Part shown: one piece after another, positions 27,480 to 39,605 of the stretch
How positions within the stretch are numbered: the stretch's first letter is position 1
Layout: the number at the start of each line of letters is the position of its first letter
DNA from: Octopus sinensis
Taxonomy: Eukaryota
NCBI RefSeq assembly: GCF_006345805.1
Contig: NC_043001.1
Coordinates: 23,002,001-23,066,000, forward strand
Length of the DNA stretch: 64,000 nt
Direction: 5' to 3'
Notes under the pieces: generated by a model
The model's database searches: none
What the model was told of the DNA's origin: nothing
What the model saw: the letters and a program-made list of their open reading frames with translations, nothing else
Made by a program: the position numbers and the translations under genes

Positions 27480-28210
27480 AAGTCAGATGTATCTGTAGTA
27501 GAATTAGCAAAGAAATTCCAGATATGGAAACAAAACCTGGAATCAAAAAGTCTCGAAGACTAAAGCATTAATACATAGGAAAGAAGACGGCTCTGCTACC
27601 ACCAGAGAAATATCCATATTTGCTATGGAAAAGGAATTCTGTATGATGTACCAAGTGTCAACTCTGGACACACAAGAGGTGTAGTGGGATCATAAGAAGT
27701 TAACAGAGAAGATAAACGTCACATGCAACAGGGGCTTCGTTGCACATACTAAAAATACTCTCTTCAATGTTCAAGCATCTCCTTAGAAGTAACTGAAAGC
27801 ATCTGTTGCCTGGTGGACATGAGTAGCTGTGGGGTAGCTGTTCTAAGAGTAAAGTTGCCAGACTAAGAACGAGCTGGAAAACTTTAAAAGCCGTTACTTC
27901 TTACCCTATGTAAGAGCAGATTATATGACAAATGCGTGGGAAGCACCGCGATGCCGTACAGTAGTGAGACATGAGCATTGAATGCAGATGATCTGCGAAG
28001 GCCGGGAAAAACAAAGTACGTTTCGATGGATGTGTAATACTGGAATACATAAACAAGAGCATACTAATGAGCTAAGAGAAAAAAAAATGAGCATGAAAGA
28101 AACCAGGTGTAGTGAGCCAGAGAGAAGACTGCATTGGTACGGGCATCCGCATAAAGATGTGTTGTGCTCTCAAACTAAATGGAACCTGACGAAATTTCGC
28201 CTGCCGATAT
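27480..28210 (+). mobile_element. Decayed RTE-type LINE fragment
   Basis: Fragmented peptides such as KFQIWKQNLESK and RRLHWYGH; many stops and frameshifts. Confidence 0.55.
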
Positions 28211-28472
28211 AATAATCTGTGCTTTTTAGTACTCAACGTCGATACGAGATGATTTCTTAGGATGACTACTGCAGCTTAAGGCGTTCAAACACATCCAAGT
28301 TAAGATATCTTCTTTTTCTTTGATTTTCAAAGAGATAGTTATATCTGCAGGGCAGCTGACCTCTATGATGGTACATACCTTTGCCCATCTGTCCCAAAAA
28401 ACAATATCCGGCCTGTTATGTTTACATTTGACGGAAGTTTTTGATGGAAATATTCCACCAGTATTCCTTGAG

Positions 28473-28808
28473 TGTGAAGGCGCATGGCTCAGTGGTTAGA
28501 GCGTCGAGCTTACGATCATGAGGTTGTGAGTTCGATTCCCGGACCGGGCTGCGTGTTGTGTTCTTGAGCAAGACACATTATTTTACGTTACTCCTGGTAA
28601 CTCAGCTGTAGAAATGAGTTGCGACATCACTGATGAAAGCTGTACCGGCCTTTGCTTTCCCTTGGATAACATCAGTGGTGTGGAGAGGGGAGGTTGGTAT
28701 GCAAGGGCAACTGCTGGCCTTCCACAAACAACCTTGCCCGGACTTGTGCCTTGGAAGGTAACTTTCTACGTGCAATCCCATGGTCATTCATAACCGAAGG
28801 GCTTCTCC
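28473..28808 (+). mobile_element. tRNA-derived SINE family C
   Basis: A-box TGGCTCAGTGGTTAGAG, B-box GAGTTCGATTCC, then TTCTTGAGCAAGACAC. Related fragments near 25960, 50905, 54590 and 58350. Confidence 0.7.
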
Positions 28809-28849
28809 TCAATTCTTTGAGTTGGTGTTTATGAATGTATTCCATAACA

Positions 28850-29070
28850 GAGGGATTTTCTAAGTTTATTTCAAGACAGTCTTTTTTGCGGATGGCATTG
28901 TAAATTGTTTTAGCAACAACATTGTGCCACATAGAAAGGTAGTACCGTGACGACATTTTAGGACAGCTGCTAATCACATGTGTAATGGCTTCCATAGAAA
29001 CATGACATAGCCAAAAATGCGGTTGCACCTTGGGATTACAAGAGCGTCACTATCCCTCTTGTTCACCAGG
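28850..29070 (-). mobile_element. RLE-LINE zinc-knuckle fragment
   Basis: EAITHVISSCPKMSSRYYLSMWHNVVAKTIYNAI resembles the H..S.C...RHN.V motif in the other copies. Confidence 0.55.
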
Positions 29071-30299
29071 CAATCCCCTGTTCCTAGATTGCAAGCGCAT
29101 AGCCCTCAAAGTGTGATGTGATGTAGCAGTCACGTGTCCAAGAGAGGTTGCGCTTCGTGTCACTTCTACTGTCTTCTTCAAGATGTATGTATGTAAGTAT
29201 ATATGTATGTATATATGTATACGTACACACTTAAACACACAATAGTAGCGAACAATTAGAATTAACGCTAAATATTGCATTTGGCGGATGAGTATTCTTT
29301 ATATGTGGATTAACAGTACTACCAATGGTTTCATGTTGAAAACATTCACAATTTTTTAAATGTTCCACTATAAGATGTTGGTAATCGCGTCCAACGCCTT
29401 GTGCCGAGTCTACATCACTGACTTTGATAGCATCTCACTCCTTTAATACCTGCCCTTTGCATTCGTATCGCACCTCTGTCGCTTGTCTTTCGCATCACAC
29501 AATGTTGCAATAGGCCCATGGGTCCGTAAGTTTAAGAAGAAGAAAATCGTTGAGATCTATATGAACTTACACCTAAGTTTCAAAAAGCTACACAGAGACG
29601 AAAACGCAATGGCGCAACGAAAAATCTAACACCCCATACAATAACTGAAAACTTAATGATACGAGAAAAAGATCCCCTAATATTTAAATGGTTCCTGGGC
29701 CACTATCTCCGGCGAATTCCAGATAATCCACCTGTCCCCAGATATCTCTGCAAACAATAACTCTCAACTCGAATGGGCTACGGTGTATGAAGCAGTTTTA
29801 ACTGACTTTTCCAGGTGGAGCTATTAAGTTAGACCTGGCCTGGACCAATGCTGGCCGAAACTTATATAAGTTCCAAGTCCTGCACTTAATATCTTCACAC
29901 TGCTTTGATCCCCTAGGAAAACAGTTGCAGCGGCTGTACACGGACAGAATGTTTTCTATGCTTTTCCCTTTGTATGCCAAGAGCATAGCTATCTAAAAAT
30001 GAGATAAATCCCTGCAATATACTTATCTAATTTAAGACAAGTCTGCCAAAGTTAATGTCTTTCTCGTTTAGATACACTGCCTATAGTATTATATGATTCC
30101 CAAAAGAATCTTAAAATATCTTTCTTCCAAAACTGTCAGGAAATCTTTCAGAGCTGTCAAGGAAAATTTCAAAATAACTAAACTTAGTTTTTTTTCAATT
30201 TACGCTCATCCCCTCTTTCTCCCTCTCCTACTATATATGCATATGTTTGTATGTGTGTGTATGTGTGTGTGTGTGTTTGTGTGCGTGCGTGTGTGTATG

Positions 30300-30374
<75 letters not shown>

Positions 30375-30715
30375 GGCCTGTTTGTAGGGTTACCCTGGGC
30401 TTCTTGCCATAAAAATATCTTTATTGCATATCATTCGACCCTAAGACTTGTTGGCCTATGACTTCTATAAATTATGGAGGGGGAAACGAACCAGATATAA
30501 ACAATGGGGATTATCTCCCTTTTCTGGTGGTCATCGGCTTCCGGATATGTCGTCCTCCTTCAGCTTCGCGGTCAGTTGGAACAACAGAGTAGGAGACAAA
30601 TTGCGCCAATACCAACCAATCAGAGTAGTGGACACAAAAGGATACAAACAACGGCCGTGGGCTTATTGTTCCCTGTTACGTTCGAATGCACGTATATTTA
30701 GAGTCTATTCTACAC

Positions 30716-31425
30716 ACATATACCTTCATACATACATACATACATACATACATACATACATACATACATACATACATACATACATACATACATACGTATG
30801 TATATAATGTAGATACATGTATTGAGTTAGTGGCGGGGCGTGCCATACATTTGCCCTATTATTGGCACAATGCCATACAAAGCATTAAAATATCCAAATA
30901 CAACATAAATGGAGACAAAAAATAACAACATAGAGAGAGCACTTTAAAAACTGGGGTGATAGCATGTATGTTTGCGTGTGTATGTATATATGTAGATGTG
31001 TGTGTGTGTATGCGCATGCGTGCGTGTGTATGTGTATAAACATATATACACATGTTTACATACATGCATACATACATACATACATACATACATACATACA
31101 TACATACATACATACATACATACATTCAAACATACATACATACATACATACATACATACATCCATACATACATGCATACATACATACATTCAAACATACA
31201 TACATACATACATACATACATACATTCAAACATACATACATACATACATACATACATACATACATACATTAAAACATACATACATTAAAACATACATACA
31301 TACATACACAATACATACATACATACATAATACATACATACATACATACATATATACATACATACATACATACATACATACATACATACATACATACATA
31401 CATACATACATACATACATACATAC
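30716..31425. repeat. Interrupted (TACA)n microsatellite arrays
   Basis: Direct reading; includes TACATTCAAA variant units. Similar TA/CA/TACA/ATT arrays occur throughout the window. Confidence 0.95.
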
Positions 31426-31728
31426 AAGAAAAAAGATCCTAAAATGAACGGGGGAAATTTAGACTGTTGTTTGGGTATAATGGCTAGAGCAGTTGTTTTG
31501 TTTACAGAACATACGGGTTTGAGCCTTCCTTTCCTTTCCTTCCAAGGCATTTTTTAAACCCAATATACTACACGCTGTTATTTACAGCTTTATCTACTTT
31601 CAGTTCCACCGCTACATCTTATTTATTTCATGTATGTATGTATGTATGTATGTATGTATGTATGTATGTATGTATGTATGTATGTGTGTGTGTGTGTGTA
31701 TGTGTGTGTGGGTGTGCGTGTGTATGTA

Positions 31729-32245
31729 CAGAGTGCGATGGGTAAATTGCCATCCTTTTATAATTTTAATTTAGCGTATGCGCATTGTTTTTGGTTTTGC
31801 CGACTACGTAGGGTCAGTTGGGCACTGTCTGTGAGAAAAACAGCACCATAACGCAATTCACTCTGCCAGAAATTTGGAAACGACATGGCGTAGTACTTGA
31901 CATTTGCTCCGGAAGCTCCAATACAAACATTTCATAGTGTTTGGGTGTCAATCTGAGGGCATGTACCGAGAGTGATAAAAATCAAGCATCCAGTCAACAT
32001 CATGGTGTTTGGAGTGATCACGAGTGATGGCGACGTTATGCCTCCATTCATCTTCCCACACGGCCTCAGACTCAACTCGTAGACCTACATCAAGTGCTTG
32101 GAGGAGGTAGTCCTGCCCTGGGTCAAGAGTGTGGTTGCAGGAACAGGACTCTGTACCATGCCACACAAGCAGGAGAACCCAGTCATGGGTTTCAGATAAT
32201 TTCTACGAACACATCACCCCTAACATCTGGTCACCTAACTCCCCC
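31729..32245 (+). mobile_element. Tc1/mariner (DD37D/maT-like) element, internally deleted and 3'-truncated
   Basis: TA|CAGAGTGCGATGGGTAAATTG left end; KHPVNIMVFGVITSDGDVMPPFIF...QDSVPCHTSRRTQSW...IWSPNSP. The third D is lost where a Penelope-like fragment begins, so DD37D is inferred from family resemblance. Confidence 0.75.
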
Positions 32246-32473
32246 ACACTGCATGCGCGCCATAACCACCACTGCTCCACCTTGGTCTACCGGTTTGATG
32301 ACAATGTCGTCGCGGCGATGGATGTCGCGAAGGGCGATCGATTCAGCACAGGTGAGGTTGGCTCGGAGGGATCTTTTTTTTAAATTGAATCGGTCGATCA
32401 ACGCATTGCAGTCGTGTACGAACAAGTCTAGGCTACTGAATTGGCCTGGAGGCGGCGTCTTCGGGATGGCCAT
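32231..32473 (-). mobile_element. Penelope-like element, ORF N-terminal fragment
   Basis: NLTCAESIALRDIHRRDDIVIKPVDQGGAVVVM matches the PLE motif IKPADKG..VV. Confidence 0.8.
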
Positions 32474-32578
32474 TTTATTTATTATTATTTAAATTTTTTT
32501 TTTGCCAACTAAACACACTCACTATTTTTTTGTTCACTCGTTTATTACTGTTATTTTATTATTTTAACGCCTGTTCAT

Positions 32579-32623
32579 TGTCCGGAAATCTTTTGTCACA
32601 CATCTGTGACCTCTTCAGCGACA
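32579..32623 (-). ncRNA. Degenerate minimal type I hammerhead ribozyme
   Basis: TGTCG-CTGAAGA-GGTCACA GATG TGTGAC-AAAA-GATTTC-CGGACA on the minus strand. GAAA is mutated; the motif lies just upstream of the PLE ORF on the same strand. Confidence 0.5.
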
Positions 32624-33439
32624 CTTTTCATTTCCGTGTGTGTTCTTGCTCCACTTACTCCATTGTGTTCTTCTAGGATTTGTATCCTTATGTGCGCATG
32701 CACTTGTGTCCTTGCTTGTGCGTGCGTGTGAATGTGTGTGTGTGTGTGTGTGGTGTGTGTGTGTGTGTTGTGTGTGTGTGTGTGTGTGTGTCATAGATTT
32801 TAGCAGCAGTGTGGCCTTCCCCTCAAGCCCAGCCTCTCACCCTGATTTGCTGCTGCTGTCCTAAGACAAGAGAAGAAAAAAGCGGTGCAGTTCCTGTATT
32901 CTTCTGTGTATGTGTGCTCATCCATGGTGTTGCCGTCCTGGTAGTTGTTGTTGTTGTTGTTATTGCTCTCGTCAGACTGCCGCTGCTGCTGACCGTGTTA
33001 GTTGTGTTGTTGACACCATATGGCCAGCAATGAGGTTTCATGTGTGTCTGTATGGGTTCGCTTCGTATGTATCCATACCCCTTATATAGTTTTATTTATT
33101 CATATTATCTATCTCTGCCATACATTTATCACAGGTATGTGGCAGATATATTTATATATTCGTTTATTTATCTATTTATCTATTTACTTATTTATATATT
33201 TTTTCTTTTTTTATATACATCTATCTCTATTTCACATAAGTATCACAGGTAAGGGCATATATGTCCATTGTGTGCGTATTACTCTATATGCATCTATGTA
33301 TTATTTATGGTTATTTTAATTTAATTTTATTTAATTTTCCCTCTCTCTTCACGTCCCTACTATATTTAGTCATGTGGTGTGGTGGTGGATGTTACTGTTC
33401 CATTCATGTTTTCTATTGAGGCTCGGTCTGTCTACTGTT

Positions 33440-33830
33440 ATGCGTGTAGCTTCTGTAATCTGCCCAAGTGTCGTGTCAGTTCTATGTGTCGATAATGCTT
33501 TAAACTCTCTGGTATTAATCGAACCCCCATGTTATACCTGAGTATGTTGATAGAGATTTTTGACGAGCTTTTCCCTTCTTTGCGCTCTCACCAATGTTCA
33601 CATATACGCTCTCCTATGTTGTGCGCAGTCTCTCCTATGTAGGTAGTTGTCATGTTTCTGCACCGTCCCTCAGTACATCGTAAGCTATACACTACATTCC
33701 TAACTTTAAAGTTAACCCTTGGGTTCATCCTACATACAACACAATAGTACTCCGTACAGGGGGACTTATCAAAGGGATAGGTATTACAGACCAGGGATTT
33801 TAAAGGGGTACCAGAACTCTCCACTACTTT
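33440..33830 (-). mobile_element. Penelope-like element, GIY-YIG endonuclease fragment
   Basis: PCTEYYCVVC linker followed by NVVYSLRCTEGRC...TYIGETAHNIGERICEH (GIY-YIG signature); in-frame stop follows. Confidence 0.8.
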
Positions 33831-33871
33831 AATTCATTGTTTGAATTGCATAATAGTGGTTTTATCTCTAA

Positions 33872-33905
<34 letters not shown>

Positions 33906-33907
<2 letters not shown>

Positions 33908-35082
33908 GGGTGTCCCAAAAAATGTATACACACTTATTAAAATACATGTCATTTTCAAAATTTAATAGAATCTACAGGAAAATGCGAAGCAATGGAATCG
34001 CAAACATCACAAAACAATTCGCTTGATATTTGTGTGCATTTTTGTTCAGTGGCTGCTCTCAACTCAGCTACTGTTGCAGGTTTCATAGCGTAGACTTTGT
34101 CTTTTAGGTATCTCCATATCCCCATAAAAAAAGTCTAGTGGTGTGAGGTCTTGCGAACGCAGAAGGTATTCAACGAAACCCCTTCGTCTAATCCACCTGT
34201 TTAGCAAGATCTCATCAAGGAAGGATCTAACATCGCGATGGCAGTGTGGAGGTGCCCCATCTTGCTGAAAACAAAACTCCTCATCTTCAAAGACTTCTCT
34301 AATGCTTCGCATGACAGACTGTTGCAGCAAGTAAACGAGACCAGCCACAGTAGCGTCGAAAAAGAATGGTCCAATTGAACCTCTTGATGATAAGCCACAC
34401 CCCACTGTAACTCCTGTTAAATTAGCATGATTTTCCACCATAACATGCGGACTCTCATGTCCCCAGTTGGTGCAAATGTGCCGGTTAATCAAATCATTTA
34501 ATTTGAATGAGACCTCATCACTCCACACAGTATTTGTTGGAAAGTGTGCATCTTCTACACATCGTGCCAAGTACCACTCGAAATAATGCACTCTTCGGTC
34601 TGGATAATCGTCATTAATAGCATGGACTAATCTTTGAACGTAACTTTTCAATTGACAACACTTGAAAATGCGTTGGACAAATGATTTTGAAATACTTACC
34701 TCATGATTCACTTGCCGCACAGATTTTATTGAACTTTGATGATACATTTCCAGCACTCCTTCTTGCTTTGTTTGGGTTGTCGATGTTCGTGGTCCTCCGG
34801 AACGCTTCTCGTAGACATTCTGAACACTTCCATCGGCTTCAAACTCATCTCTAATTCAAGCGATGGCAAGTCGCGTTGGTGGATGTTTGAAATTCCCTCC
34901 TAACCGTCTTTGCACTTCAACTGCGTTTTCACACTTCCAGTTGCATTTTAGAATGAATTTCCTTTGTTCAAAGCTTAATCTTACTGCAATCATTAATTCC
35001 AATGGGTTTAATCTGGAAAGAAAAAAACATCAGTTGAATTATCAGCTACTAAAGTGTGTATACGTTTTGGGGGGACATGCTG
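33906..35082 (-). mobile_element. Full-length DD41D (rosa/Visitor-type) Tc1/mariner element, inactivated
   Basis: TIRs of about 30 bp (CAGGGTGTCCCAAAAAATGTATACACACTT and its imperfect reverse complement) in TA context; WSDE...QQDGAPPH...DLTPLDF with 41 residues between D2 and D3; one N-terminal stop and a C-terminal frameshift. Confidence 0.9.
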
Positions 35083-35098
35083 TATATATATATGTATG

Positions 35099-35205
<107 letters not shown>

Positions 35206-35225
35206 TATATATATAATATATATAT

Positions 35226-35534
35226 AAATTTAATAAGGGTAGAAATTGATATTAATCAATTAAAACCAGTGGCCCAGCATATTAAAAAAATCCGAAGATT
35301 AAAATATTTTTACATACAAAATTTAAAGGACTGACCACTAAAAGTAGACGGTATTTCTATATGACAGACCATGCTGACGAGATTGCAGTTTATCCTTGCG
35401 GATATTAACAATCGAAACTGATCGGTACATGGGTAATCATTTTTATTTCGTATACTTTCATTTGTCTTGCTTATTTTTAATGCTTTGGTTTGTGCTGAGT
35501 TTTTATTTGAGAACATATTCTTTGTGGAAAATAG

Positions 35535-35536
<2 letters not shown>
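35226..35536 (+). mobile_element. Non-coding element of about 310 bp embedded in (TA)n and carrying a hammerhead (PLE pLTR/retrozyme-like)
   Basis: Sharp boundaries with (TA)n on both sides; contains the hammerhead at 35369-35432. Confidence 0.6.
35369..35432 (+). ncRNA. Type I hammerhead ribozyme, core intact
   Basis: Stem I CCATG/CATGG, core CTGACGA (35374-35380), stem II GATTG/CAATC, GAAA (35414-35417), stem III AC-T-GATC-G-GT with a palindromic loop, cleavage triplet GTA (35425-35427). Confidence 0.85.
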
Positions 35537-35595
<59 letters not shown>

Positions 35596-35821
35596 GGAGT
35601 ATAACTCCAAACTTACAGGGAAAAATTCAATTCCGTATTAAATCAAATTTCACAATATAAATATATAATATATATATAAATTAGAGAAAAACCACTATTA
35701 TGCAATTCAAAAAATGATAGACATAAACCAAGTCATAAAGAAAAAATAAAATATATTATAAAGAATATAACAAGATCACAAAAAGTACAAAAGTTAATAA
35801 ACAATATATAATAAGTAAAAA

Positions 35822-35922
35822 GACTACGTACGTTTCATGGCTGTAATTTAAATTCGAATTACAATTAAATTTAAATTTAATCGAAAACAATTCAATTTAA
35901 AAGTATAGTCACTCCTCAGGTC
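35822..35922 (-). ncRNA. Type I hammerhead ribozyme, core intact but stems weakened
   Basis: GAC-CTGAGGA-GTGACTATA...TACAGCCAT-GAAAC-GTAC-GTA-GTC; palindromic stem III ACGTACGT; stem I only 3 bp; stem II 7/9 paired. Confidence 0.65.
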
Positions 35923-36623
35923 AACAATAATAACAATAGTAGTTAAATAAATAATCAAATAGAATTATACAATATTTCTTAAAGAAATATATTCATGATT
36001 GTTCTTATAGAAGAAATTCCATTAACTAAATTTGAAACTTAAACGGTAGGACCAGGTGCCTATAATACATTTATCAAGTTAAAAACCTAAGGTAAAAAAA
36101 TAGAGTAAATAGATAGAAAAATGTATTTATTGGTGAAGATATAATTTAACTTTAAGAATAACATTAACAAACTATAGAATATCTATTCACTAGCTATACT
36201 CTAATATTTTACGTTACAAACTATTTTACAAAATAATCACACTTAATACTGAAATTATTTTGTGTTTAACTAAAAAAAAGCATAACTTTGAAGAAATTGA
36301 AAAAAATTGCTTGAACTGAAATCTCTTACGAGTTTAATTTTAAAATACATAGATTTCAAGAAATTGTTACTCTTACTACAATATTATACCTTAGAATTAA
36401 TTATTGCGAATATCAGTGCCCAAAAATAATGAATTACTACTGAAAAAGAGAACTGAAGCAATCATTGCTGAATTTCCAATCTGATTCATCTAATAATGCT
36501 AAACAGAAGAGAATTGCAAACGAAGTTTCGCAGCTCAAGGGAGGTCTTGCAAAGTCTTTGACACCCTCATTGGATGATCTAGGACAGTGCAGCCAGTTCT
36601 AGCAAAGTTTGATCCAAATATTT

Positions 36624-38626
36624 TATGGAAATCAAAGACGTGACTTCTCGTCAAGTTGGTATACTGGTCAGCCATAGTTAGAGTATTCTCTTTCAAAGAA
36701 AGCCTTGTTTTGTTTTGCTTGTCAGCACTTTAATACTTTTGCTCAAGCTGATACTTTTTTTTATTTAAAAATCGATATTCTAATAGGCATTATGCAAAAG
36801 AAAACAAAACAAAGGTTTAAATAAGCACGCCAACTCTGCAATCCACCAACAGCGTTTATCTAATAACAACATCCGTATCTTCAATCTTGCAAAATGATCA
36901 GTTGAGCAAAAACCGTTATTATATCAGTTCCATTGTTGATATTGTTAATTTTCTTTGTGCAAACGAATTGCCTTTTCGAGGAAATGAAAATGAAGCTTTT
37001 TAGGATCTTTATTCAGAAAATGACACGCAGCCTTGTGGTCTTTTTATGAAATTATTCCAGAACACATCAGAGAAAGACTCAAAGCTAATGGCATGTTACA
37101 GCACGATTCCAAAAAATGCGACCTACACCTCAGCAGCAATGCAAAACGAAATCATGGAATTGTTGAGAAGACACACTGTCAGCCTCGTGGTCGATGAAAT
37201 AAAATGTTTCAATGTTCATTACTTTATCCTGAAATGTGACGGAACGCGTGATTTGAGTAATACTGAAAATCTTGCAATTGTTATTAGGTACTTGCAAAAC
37301 AGCAGGGTTCTGGAAAATTTAGTTGCGATGCCAACTACTCAACAATATGATACTGAAACATTGGCCGACTTGATAATTAAGGAATTAACCAACCTTTACA
37401 TTGATCCAAAGCGTATGTTGTCACAATGCTTTGATGATGCTTTTGTGATGCCTGGCAAAATAGGTGGCATTCAAAGAAAGATTCAGAATCGACTTGAGAA
37501 ACATATACCTTATGTTCATTGTCTTAATCACCAGTTGCATCTTGTCGTGGTTAACACAATAAAGCGGATTCCGGAGTTAGCTACGTTCTTTGACACCGTT
37601 AATATTCTTCATAATTTTATTAAACGGCCAAAGAGAGCTAGTCTCTGGAAAGGATTGAAGTTGCCACGTCTTATGGAGCATAGGTGGTCGGGTCATTTCA
37701 CTGCCATTGCTTCTGTAATAGAAAATCACTCCAAAATTGTTGGTTTGCTAACCGAATGCACAGATTCGTCAGATTCAAAAACGTGTATAGAGGCAACTGG
37801 AATTTTACATCAAGTTCGTTCCCCAAGGTTTGTTTTTCTAGCCTTTGTTCTTAGCAAATTTCTGCATATAAATGGACCAGTAGACAAACAGCTTCAGAGT
37901 CACAAATGTGATATATACCATGACCTTGGGCTTCTTAAGATTGCAAAGAGTAAAATAACCAAACTGAGAAACTCTTTAATATTTGATGAGATTCTGAAAC
38001 AAATGAGTCGATTTAATGTTATTGAGGAACGAATGTGTCGAAAAGCTTGCGGGTCCCGACGTTTTTCAGATTATGTTGTTGAATCCCTGGTACCATCACA
38101 AGATGACTGGATAACCTCTCATCGCAAAATTTATTTCGTGATCATCGATGAAAGCTTGGGAGTGCTAGATAATAGATTTTCTGAGCAAAACGATAGCATA
38201 TATTCTTCCTTGGCAAGTCCGAGACATTTTTGGATTTTGATGCTTTTAAAACCTTTGAGCAATTTAGTTAATTCTGATAAATCGGCCTTACTTTCTGAAT
38301 TTAGTGTGGCAAAAGCATACATTTCCAAACAAAATATGATGACACTGCTTGATATTTTTGGATCTTTACGTATTGTACAGGATGCCTTTCCAAATGTTTA
38401 TCCTTTGTATGGCGCAGCATTAACATTTGGATCTAGTACAGCTACATGTGAATCATCGTTTTCGACGCTAACTCGAATTATGACACCCTTTCGACGAAAT
38501 ATGAAACACCAGCGAAAACCAAACCTCGTGATACTTGCTTCTCTTAATAAATACAAATCAAGTATAGAGAAGGACGATATTCTTAAATCTTTTGCCTTGC
38601 GTTGCCGTAGATTGCAGTTGTATTAA
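36624..38626 (+). pseudogene. hAT transposase (ZMYM1/FAM200-like: TTF zinc finger, DUF4371 region, dimerisation domain); 526-aa ORF at 37046-38626 with a broken N-terminus
   Basis: YGNQRRDFSSSWYTGQP*LEYS...FCFAC (stop 36675-36677, out of frame with the main ORF); catalytic motifs CDGTRD, QCFDDA, HCLNHQLHL, HRWS, TCESSFS. Confidence 0.85.
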
Positions 38627-38949
38627 ATAAATGTAACCTGATTTTATTTCATGTCCTGAATTTTTTTGAGAGACTTGTGTCGTACAGTTCTCGTACGACA
38701 TAATAAAATAATACATTAAGTCCGTTTAAGAGATAGTACTAGATGCTTCTCGGCTCACTGGTACTACTCGAACTCCCAAGTCGACACATTGCTCATGAGC
38801 TGTCGGGTCCGTCAACCCATTGGCATTACTCTACCATATTTATCCAGGTGGACTAATCCATCCGTTCTACCTTGGAGGTGTTCTATTTCCACACAACAGA
38901 GACATAATCAAATTTCATAAACAGTACGGGTTTTGGAGTTCTGTTCAGC

Positions 38950-39411
38950 GGATGTAATACAAAAGACCCTTAGGAAAAGCCCCCTAAGACAAAAGTCCCT
39001 CAAACAACCCCCCCCCCCATAGTTAAAGTATGAAAGTGTTTTGGTTTTTTTACAACCACTGTTTCCGTTTTTGTTTATTTGAAATTATATAAAAATAATG
39101 TTTAAAGATTAGGCTGTTATCTCTAGCATGTGGAAATACCTTTTAGGCTTAACTATGTGCTTGCTGAAAATCATTAAAAAAAATATTGGAGTCGATACAT
39201 TCGACTAAAAATTTTTCGAGGTGATGCCCCAGCATGGCCTCAGTTTAATGATTGCAACAAGTAAAATGAAAATAAAAACGACATATTTCAGAAGTATTGA
39301 CCAGGCTAGGCGCCAACAAATGTGAAAAAAAAACAAAAAAAAAAACGAAAAATATAAGCATGGGGCTTTTGTCCAATTTCACACTTTAAGTAAGGGCTTT
39401 TGTCCGTACCC
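38950..39411. mobile_element. Mutator-like MITE with a nested SINE fragment
   Basis: Repeated GGACAAAAGCCC-type motifs in inverted orientation at both ends; 9-bp flanks CTGTTCAGC (38941-38949) / TTGTTCAGC (39412-39420). Confidence 0.55.
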
Positions 39412-39530
39412 TTGTTCAGCACTCCCAGCTATCAAGATAGCACCCCCAGTTGCAATCGGCTGGCTACATGGCTTGTTGGTAGGGGTATACATATATAATT
39501 ATACCAACGTTATATATATTACTTGAATTG

Positions 39531-39605
<75 letters not shown>

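Noticed and set aside
28473-28545. tRNA gene
   Set aside because: A and B boxes are present, but the sequence continues into a SINE body with no acceptor-stem closure or poly-T terminator.
36411-38760. TIRs for the hAT element (CAGTGCCC ... GGCTCACTG)
   Set aside because: Only 5 bp match and there is no 8-bp target duplication.
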